A stretch of 32,707 bases of DNA from Alphaproteobacteria bacterium (GTDB lineage: Bacteria; Pseudomonadota; Alphaproteobacteria; UBA8366). The notes beneath the pieces were generated by a model, which saw nothing but the letters and a program-made list of their open reading frames with translations, was not told the origin of the DNA and ran no database searches. The translations under genes were made by a program, and so were the position numbers. Location: positions 1 through 32,707 of the forward strand of contig JASLSL010000111.1 in the NCBI GenBank assembly GCA_030743445.1. The letters are read 5' to 3'. Below are positions 26,689 to 32,707 of the stretch, piece after piece (position 1 is the stretch's first letter; each line of letters begins with the position of its first letter).

Positions 26689-27528
26689 TCAATCCGGATC
26701 GCAGGCGAAGGGCCAGATGATTTTCGCACCGGGCGGCACGATTTTGCCGGTTTCGAGCTTGTAGGCGATCTTCACCCGCCTTTCGCTTTTCGGCAGTGCG
26801 CGCATCGCTTGGGTGTCGATCGGCATCTTGCCGCGGAACAGCGCGACCGGGTCGGCGTAATGCCCTTCCATCGGAACGAGCAGCCATTTGTTCCGCGCAT
26901 ATTTCGGCGATTTGCTGAAACTGACGGTGAGATGCAGATGCGGCTCCCGCATTTCGCCCGGAACGCCGCTCTTGCCGTTCGGACCGAGCACGTCGCCGAT
27001 GCGCACCCGTTGGCCGATCTCGACTTCGGGCATGCTGGAGAAATGCGAATAGAGCGTATAGATCCACACCGGCAGGCCGGTATCCTCCGGCGAATGCCGC
27101 AAGACGATTTGCAGGCCCCGATAGCCTCTCTCGCCGGTGAATTTGGCGACGACTTCGCCGTCCGCCATCGCATAGATCGGATCGTCCCACCATGCCGGAA
27201 TATCGGTGCCGGTGTGGAACTTGCCGGCGACCGGGCCTTGCCACGCCTCGCCGTATATGTGGTCGATCTTGGGGCAATCGGCGCCTTCCGGGTAAACCGG
27301 TATCAGCTTGCTTTCCAGCAGGCCCCGCTCGATTTGGTGGTCGCGATTGCTGAATTTGCCGGTGAAGGCGCCCTTGGTGACTTTGTCGAGGGACTTGAAA
27401 TCGACCAAATCATCGCCCGCCTGCGCGCCGCCCGACCACAGGGCGACAAGGCCGAGCAATAGGATCGCACCGATCAGGCCGGTGCTTAGCAACCCAAAAC
27501 CCGAATGATTCGGCATCGAAATCCGCAT
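26689..27528 (-). CDS. Secreted or membrane-anchored M23 family metallopeptidase (start uncertain, 27516-27564)
   Basis: HTGTD (HxxxD), PIYAMADGEVV, LYSH, GQRV..GD.LG..G.SG and PHLHL; hydrophobic N-terminal segment. Confidence 0.82.
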   Translation of the reverse strand: MRISMPNHSGFGLLSTGLIGAILLLGLVALWSGGAQAGDDLVDFKSLDKVTKGAFTGKFSNRDHQIERGLLESKLIPVYPEGADCPKIDHIYGEAWQGPVAGKFHTGTDIPAWWDDPIYAMADGEVVAKFTGERGYRGLQIVLRHSPEDTGLPVWIYTLYSHFSSMPEVEIGQRVRIGDVLGPNGKSGVPGEMREPHLHLTVSFSKSPKYARNKWLLVPMEGHYADPVALFRGKMPIDTQAMRALPKSERRVKIAYKLETGKIVPPGAKIIWPFACDPD

Positions 27529-27702
27529 GAATACTTGCCTGAGAGCGATATTGCCGAGGGACAATTATATCGACGGTTGCCGATATTCTCCATGCGACAC
27601 CAAGTCCCGGAATCGAGGGGGATTTCCGCACGGCCGATTTCGGTGTAGAAGCGCATAAGGCCGTCCGAACAGCGGTCGGCAATGTCAGCCGGAGAGAGCG
27701 CC

Positions 27703-28533
27703 ATGACCTACAAGACGATCATCTACGAGGTCCGCGACGAGGTCGCGATCCTCACCTTCAACCGGCCGGAAAAGCGCAACGCCTTCGACATCACCATGCG
27801 CGAAGAATTGGCCCATGCGGTGATGGTCGTGCGCGACGACGCCGACCTGAAGGCGATGCTGATCACCGGGGCGGGCGAGGCGTTCTGTGCCGGCGGCGAT
27901 TTGCAGGCGATCACCGACGACAAGATGGACGCGCGGTCCGGCCGGCGGCGGATTCAGAACATCCATGTCTGGCTGCCGCAGCTCATCGGGCTGGAGATTC
28001 CGGTCGTCGCCGCGGTCGACGGCCCGGCCTATGGCGCCGGGTTCAATCTGGCGCTCGCCTGCGACTTCGTGCTGGCGACGCCGAGGGCCCGGTTCTGCGC
28101 CGTGTTCGGGCGCATCGGGTTGGTGCCGGACGCCGGCGGGTTCTTTTTGCTGCCGCGCATCGTCGGCCTGCAGCGCGCCAAGGACCTGATCTTCACCGCG
28201 CGATCGGTCGGCGCGGAGGAGGCCGAACGCATCGGCATCGTCCACGAAATCCATCCGCCCGAGGCGCTGTTCGACCGGGCGCTCGAGTTCGCCGGGCGGT
28301 TCCGGGCGTCCTCGCGGCTTGCGATCGGCATGGCGAAGACCGTGCTCAACCAGGCGCTCCACCTCGACCAGCACGCGATCGCCGAGATGGAGGCCTGGTC
28401 CCAGGGCCTGGCGCTCGATTCCGACTATCACAAGGCGGCGGTCCAGCGCTTCCTCGACAAACAGCCGCTCGACTACGACTGGGATGCGGCGGTGAAGGAA
28501 GGGGCAGCGAAACAAGCGGCGGCCGATGATTAG
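27703..28533 (+). CDS. Enoyl-CoA hydratase/isomerase (crotonase), PaaG-like
   Basis: NRPEKRNA, AFCAGGD, GPAYGAGFNLALACD and RIGLVPDAGG; GGAGAG SD. Confidence 0.9.
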   Translation: MTYKTIIYEVRDEVAILTFNRPEKRNAFDITMREELAHAVMVVRDDADLKAMLITGAGEAFCAGGDLQAITDDKMDARSGRRRIQNIHVWLPQLIGLEIPVVAAVDGPAYGAGFNLALACDFVLATPRARFCAVFGRIGLVPDAGGFFLLPRIVGLQRAKDLIFTARSVGAEEAERIGIVHEIHPPEALFDRALEFAGRFRASSRLAIGMAKTVLNQALHLDQHAIAEMEAWSQGLALDSDYHKAAVQRFLDKQPLDYDWDAAVKEGAAKQAAADD

Positions 28534-29482
28534 AGCCGCGCTTCTCGCGGCGCTCGTCGTTTCCGGCCTGGCGGTGGGCCGCGCCGCGCCGGGCCAGGCC
28601 ACGGAGGCCTGGCGCCGCGGCTCGGAGATGCCGAGCGTGCGCTCCGAGATCGCCGTCGCCGCGGCGGGCGGCCGCGTTTACGTCGCCGGCGGCATCGGCC
28701 GGCTCGGCACGACCGACGCATTCGAGGTCTACGATCCCGCCGCCAATGCCTGGCGCGAGCTCGCCGACCTGCCGGTGGCGCTGCACCATCCGGCGATGGC
28801 CGGGATGGACGGGCGCCTTTACCTCAGCGGCGGCTACGACGACATGACGTTCACGGCGAACCGCCGCAGCGCCTGGGTCTACGACCCGGTGGCCGACCGT
28901 TGGCAAGCGCTCGCCCATATGCCGGGCCCGCGGGCGGCGCACAGGATGATGGCGCTTGCCGGCAAGCTCTACGTCTTCGGCGGCGTGGGCACCGAGCCGG
29001 CGGTACTGTGGGCCTACGATCCGGCGACCGACCGCTGGAGCGTGCGCGAACCCTTGCTGACGCCGCGCGAGCATCTGGCGGCGGCGGCGCTCGGCGGCAA
29101 GTTCTACGCCGTCGCCGGGCGCTGGTCCGAACAGGGCAACCTCGCCGTGGTCGAGGCCTACGATCCGGCGACCGATCGCTGGACCCGCAAGGCCGACCTG
29201 CCGGCGGCACGCGGCGGCCACACCGCGGCCGCGGTCGCCGGCCACATCCATGTCACCGGCGGCGAGGCGTTCTCCCCGCCGGACACCTTTGCCGAGCACT
29301 GGGCGTACGATCCGAGTGCCGACCGCTGGACCAGGCTCGCCGACATGCCGACGGCGCGCCACGGCCTCGGCTCCGCCGTCGTCGGCAAGCGCTGGTTCGT
29401 GGCCGGCGGCGGCACGGGAGCCGGCGCCCGCACTTTCTTCACGCTGACCGACCTGATCGAAATCTACACCGCTGGGAAATAG
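28526..29482 (+). CDS. Secreted Kelch-repeat beta-propeller protein
   Basis: Signal peptide MIRAALLAALVVSGLAVG; six repeats of Y/F-V-x-GG...YDP..DRW...P..R. Confidence 0.88.
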   Translation: MIRAALLAALVVSGLAVGRAAPGQATEAWRRGSEMPSVRSEIAVAAAGGRVYVAGGIGRLGTTDAFEVYDPAANAWRELADLPVALHHPAMAGMDGRLYLSGGYDDMTFTANRRSAWVYDPVADRWQALAHMPGPRAAHRMMALAGKLYVFGGVGTEPAVLWAYDPATDRWSVREPLLTPREHLAAAALGGKFYAVAGRWSEQGNLAVVEAYDPATDRWTRKADLPAARGGHTAAAVAGHIHVTGGEAFSPPDTFAEHWAYDPSADRWTRLADMPTARHGLGSAVVGKRWFVAGGGTGAGARTFFTLTDLIEIYTAGK

Positions 29483-29490
29483 GAAGCGTC

Positions 29491-30645
29491 GTGGCCGACA
29501 ACGCGATCATCACCGGCGTCCACAACACCAAGGTCGGCAAGGTCCCGGGCTCGTCCGCGATGTCGCTGCATGCCGAGGCGGCGCTCGGCGCCATCGCCGA
29601 TGCCGGGCTCGCGCTCGGCGACATCGACGGCGTGATCTGCGCCTACATCCTGACCGAGAACTACCCGATGCTGAGCTCGGCGTTCTGCGAGTATCTCGGC
29701 ATCGAGCCCAACTTCAACGCCGGGCTCAACGGCGGCGGGGCGACGGGGGCGATGATGGTCATGCAGGCCGCCTCGCTGGTCGAGACCGGCCAGTGCCGCC
29801 ACGTGCTCTGCGTCGCCGGCGACAGCCGGGTCTCCGGCATGACCCGCGACCAGGCGGTCGCGGTGCTCGCCGATTTCGGCCACCCGCAGTTCGAGGTGCC
29901 CTACGGCATCAGCATCCCCGCGGCCTATGCCCTGGTCGCCCGGCGCTACATGCATGAGACCGGGGCGACCTTGGAGCATCTCGCGGCGCTCGCGGTGACC
30001 CACCGGGCGCACGCGGCGATGCACCCGGACGCGCATATGCAGGACCCGATCACCATGGACGACGTCGCCGCGGCGCGGACCATCGCCTCGCCCTTGCGGC
30101 TTTTGGATTGCTGCCTGATCTCCGATGGCGGGGCGGCCTATGTGGTGAGCGCGCCGGACGCCGCCCGGGACACCGCCCGGCACCCGGTCCGGGTGCTGGG
30201 TGCCGGTCAGGGCCACACCCACGAACATATCTCGCAGGCCCCTTCGCTGACCGATTTCGGCTGCAAGAACGCGGCGGCGCGCGCCTTCGCCAAGGCCGGC
30301 GTGACGCCAAGCGATATCGATGTCGCCGAGATCTACGATTCCTTCACCATTACGCTGCTGGTCGAGCTCGAATCGATCGGCTTCTTCGCAACCGGCGAGG
30401 CCGGCCCGGCGGCACTCGCGGGCGAGCTGACCCACGGCGGCCGGCTGCCCTGCAACACCCATGGCGGGCTGCTGTCGTTCGGCCATTCGGGGGCGGCAGG
30501 CGGCATGTTCCACATCGTCGAGGCGGTGCGCCAACTGCGCCACGAGGCGGCCGATCGCCAGGTGCCGGACGCCGAGCTCTGCTTCGCCCACGGCGACGGC
30601 GGGATTCTCTCGGCCCATTGCTCGCTGGTGCTGGGGAGGGGTTGA
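29491..30645 (+). CDS. SCPx/Ltp2-type thiolase-superfamily protein lacking the N-terminal catalytic Cys
   Basis: GTG start; IASPLRLLDCCLISDGGAA, AEIYDSF, NTHGGLLSFGH and EAVRQLR. GLNGGGATG sits at the usual Cys position. Confidence 0.88.
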   Translation: MADNAIITGVHNTKVGKVPGSSAMSLHAEAALGAIADAGLALGDIDGVICAYILTENYPMLSSAFCEYLGIEPNFNAGLNGGGATGAMMVMQAASLVETGQCRHVLCVAGDSRVSGMTRDQAVAVLADFGHPQFEVPYGISIPAAYALVARRYMHETGATLEHLAALAVTHRAHAAMHPDAHMQDPITMDDVAAARTIASPLRLLDCCLISDGGAAYVVSAPDAARDTARHPVRVLGAGQGHTHEHISQAPSLTDFGCKNAAARAFAKAGVTPSDIDVAEIYDSFTITLLVELESIGFFATGEAGPAALAGELTHGGRLPCNTHGGLLSFGHSGAAGGMFHIVEAVRQLRHEAADRQVPDAELCFAHGDGGILSAHCSLVLGRG

Positions 30646-30647
30646 CG

Positions 30648-31046
30648 ATGACCGCGAAACCCGTCCCCCGGCCGAACGCCGACACCGCGCCCTACTGGGA
30701 GGCCTGCAACGAGGAGCGGCTGCTCTATCAGAAATGCGGTGCGTGCGGCCACAACCAGTTCTACCCGCGCTCGATCTGCGCCAAGTGCGGTGGCGGCGAG
30801 CTCGCGTGGACCGAGGCGGCGCCCACTGGCGCGGTGCACAGCTTCACCGTGGTCGAGCGCGCGCCGTCGGAGGCCTTCAAGCCCGACATACCCTATGTCC
30901 TGGCGCTGGTCGACATGGCCGACGGCTACCGGATGATGATGAACGTGGTCGATTGCGACCCGGCGGCGGTCGAGATCGGCATGGCGGTCCGCATCGTCTT
31001 CGAGAATCGCCATGGCCAGAAGCTGCCGCAGGCGACACCGGCCTGA
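30648..31046 (+). CDS. DUF35 Zn-ribbon/OB-fold protein
   Basis: PYWEA, CGACGH, ICAKC, GAVHSFTVV, PYVLALVD and IGMAVRIVF. Confidence 0.92.
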   Translation: MTAKPVPRPNADTAPYWEACNEERLLYQKCGACGHNQFYPRSICAKCGGGELAWTEAAPTGAVHSFTVVERAPSEAFKPDIPYVLALVDMADGYRMMMNVVDCDPAAVEIGMAVRIVFENRHGQKLPQATPA

Positions 31047-31122
31047 ACGAAGCCGTGATTTGCCTTCCCGCGGGCGATCCCGCAACATCCATCCAGGCTC
31101 ATTTCGAGGGGAGGAAATTCCT

Positions 31123-31512
31123 ATGAGTGTCGATCTGCAAATGCTGATGTGGACCGCGGTGCTGTGCGTCCTGCTGGCCTTTCCCTACACCCTGGGGCTG
31201 ATCGGCGGGGTCGGTCTCGGCAAGGCGGCAAGCTATCCGCAGCCGGGCCACGACAGTCTGCCGGACTGGGTGCAGCGCTCGAAGCGTTGTCACATGAACC
31301 TGATCGAGAACATCGCGCCCTTCGCGATCCTGGTGCTGGTGGCGCACGTCGCCGGCAAGGCCAACGCGACGACGGCGCTGGCCTCGCAAATCTTCTTCTA
31401 TTCCCGGCTCGCGATGGTGGTCGGCCACACGGGGGGAATCCCGTACCTGCGCACGGTTGCCTGGGCGGTCAGCCTTGCCGCGCTAGTGATGATCCTGCTG
31501 CAGATTCTTTAA
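31123..31512 (+). CDS. MAPEG family membrane protein
   Basis: RSKRCHMNLIENIAPF and FFYSRLA; 3-4 TM helices; GGAGG SD. Confidence 0.85.
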   Translation: MSVDLQMLMWTAVLCVLLAFPYTLGLIGGVGLGKAASYPQPGHDSLPDWVQRSKRCHMNLIENIAPFAILVLVAHVAGKANATTALASQIFFYSRLAMVVGHTGGIPYLRTVAWAVSLAALVMILLQIL

Positions 31513-31530
31513 GAGACGAGGACGGGCCGC

Positions 31531-32013
31531 ATGTCGGAATTCAATCCCGACGACTTCGAAACCGACTTCTGGAAAGAGGCGGAGGTGCGCGCCGGCTGGG
31601 ACGATCTCGAGCCCGGCGTCGTCCTCCGCTCCCGGCCGGTCACCATCACCAAGGAAATCATCCAGCGCTACGCGCGCTCGATCGGCGACGAGAACCCGCT
31701 CTACTTCGACGAGGCCTTTGCCAAGTCGACCCGCTTCGGCGGGCTGATAGCACCACCCAGCATCCATGCGCTGTTCCTCTTCGCCTGCACCGGGCACGAC
31801 CACTTCATGCGCACCCCCGGGACCATCAACATGGGGCAGAACTGGTGGCTGCACCGTCCGGTCCGCCCCGGCGACACGATCGCGCTCGAGGCGCGTTGCC
31901 TCGACAAGCTGATCCGCAAGGGCAACACCTTCGCGATCCACGACAACGTTTTCCGAAACCAAGCGGGCGAGGTGGTGTGCTCCGGCCGCGGCTGGACCAT
32001 GCGGCCGTACTAG
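31531..32013 (+). CDS. MaoC/hot-dog dehydratase, non-catalytic-type subunit
   Basis: YARSIGDENPLYFDEAFA, GLIAPP, RPVRPGDTI and NQAGEVVC. Confidence 0.85.
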   Translation: MSEFNPDDFETDFWKEAEVRAGWDDLEPGVVLRSRPVTITKEIIQRYARSIGDENPLYFDEAFAKSTRFGGLIAPPSIHALFLFACTGHDHFMRTPGTINMGQNWWLHRPVRPGDTIALEARCLDKLIRKGNTFAIHDNVFRNQAGEVVCSGRGWTMRPY

Positions 32014-32028
32014 GGCGGGGCAGGGAGC

Positions 32029-32475
32029 ATGACGGTCGATTTCACCTACGACGACTTGGAGGTCGGATACGGCTTCGACGGGCCCGAGGTCGTCATTACC
32101 CGCGAGATGATCGCGGAATTCGCCGCCGCCTCGTTCGACCACAACCCGCTGCATTGGGACGACAAGTACATGACGGAGACCGAGTTCGCCGGCGGCAAGT
32201 CGTTCGACGACGTGATCGCCCACGGACTGATGACGTACGCGTTCATGACCCGGGCGATGACCGACTGGCTCTGGCCCGACAACGGCGAGCACCGGCGCCT
32301 GGAGACCCGCTTTCGCCAGCCGATCTATCCCGGCGACACGATCCGAATCCGGGTCGAGGTCGCCTCGAAACGCGAGACCCGGGCGGCCAAATGGGCCGTG
32401 TGCCAGGTCACGGTGACCAACCAGAACGGCGATATGGTTGCAACCGGGGACGCGCTGGCGGAGATTTTGAATTAA
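32029..32475 (+). CDS. MaoC-family (R)-specific enoyl-CoA hydratase, catalytic-type subunit
   Basis: DHNPLHWD (D-x4-H hydratase-2 motif), IAHG, RFRQPIYPGDTI and NQNG. Confidence 0.88.
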   Translation: MTVDFTYDDLEVGYGFDGPEVVITREMIAEFAAASFDHNPLHWDDKYMTETEFAGGKSFDDVIAHGLMTYAFMTRAMTDWLWPDNGEHRRLETRFRQPIYPGDTIRIRVEVASKRETRAAKWAVCQVTVTNQNGDMVATGDALAEILN

Positions 32476-32510
32476 GGGGGGGTGCCGCCGTGTCCCCCGC
32501 CGTCTGAACC

Positions 32511-32707
32511 CTACTTCGCGGCTTCGATTTCCTCCTCGACGTCGCGCAGGCGGTCCTTGCCGAAGAACATCTCCTTGCCGACGAAGAACGTCGGGATTCC
32601 GAACGCACCACGTTCGACCGCCTCCTCGGTGTTCTTGAACAGCCGGTCCTTGACCTCTTGGTCCTGGATCCGCGCCATGGTTTTCTCGCCGTCGAGGCCG
32701 GACTCCT
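32511..32707 (-). CDS. 3' end of a 2-hydroxychromene-2-carboxylate isomerase / GST-kappa (DsbA-like) protein; not in the ORF track
   Basis: Manual translation gives ESGLDGEKTMARIQDQEVKDRLFKNTEEAVERGAFGIPTFFVGKEMFFGKDRLRDVEEEIEAAK*. GAFGxPTFFVG..MFFG.DRL is the family C-terminal motif. Confidence 0.85.
   Translation of the reverse strand, partial: ESGLDGEKTMARIQDQEVKDRLFKNTEEAVERGAFGIPTFFVGKEMFFGKDRLRDVEEEIEAAK

Noticed and set aside
28725-29335. Periodic TACGA(T/C)CC...CGCTGG DNA repeats every ~140-150 bp, CRISPR-like at first glance
   Set aside because: They are the coding YDP..DRW motif of the Kelch repeats: degenerate, in frame, and with no cas genes.
1463-30618. Many long antisense or alternative-frame ORFs (e.g. 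4113-5591+, 6874-8514+, 12579-14153+, 18419-19816+, 29464-30618-)
   Set aside because: Shadow ORFs expected in high-GC DNA: they have no family motifs and lie entirely over well-supported genes.
32476-32498. G-run/C-run hairpin between the last convergent genes as a third repeat copy
   Set aside because: It has no IHF site, CGTC hairpin or exact palindrome; at most a weak terminator stem.
1-32707. Genome-wide amber reassignment (alternative genetic code)
   Set aside because: More than ten genes end in TAG at family-appropriate C-termini, often directly before the next gene; only one internal TAG was found.

Overview
High-GC (visually about two-thirds G+C), gene-dense bacterial chromosomal segment, probably alphaproteobacterial (inferred from codon style, promoter style and a CGTC-tagged repeat). 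It holds about 36 coding regions, almost all accessory catabolic or redox enzymes in short transcription units. These include a GntR/UTRA regulator, SnoaL and EthD proteins, a TcuA-like flavoprotein, two MmgE/PrpD proteins, two luciferase-like monooxygenases, three SDRs, hydantoinase/oxoprolinase A and B, a methyltransferase, an NfsA-like reductase, an AMACR-like racemase, amidohydrolases, an FAH-family enzyme, and a crotonase/Kelch/Cys-less thiolase/DUF35/MAPEG/MaoC-pair cluster. I saw no rRNA, tRNA, CRISPR array, transposase or integrase. Five observations stand out. (1) Two colinear ~72-bp AT-rich composite elements lie 5948 bp apart; each is a CGTC-tagged REP-like hairpin, a perfect IHF consensus and a perfect AATGGGGAC-A-GTCCCCATT palindrome overlapping the stop codon of a convergent gene. 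(2) A single in-frame TAG interrupts an otherwise intact hyuB. (3) An alpha/beta-hydrolase remnant has lost its middle by deletion. (4) A sigma-54-type promoter precedes a secreted Sel1-like protein. (5) A probable hydratase/retro-aldolase module has a secreted Kelch propeller embedded in it. All family calls come from motif recognition by eye; no database search was run.
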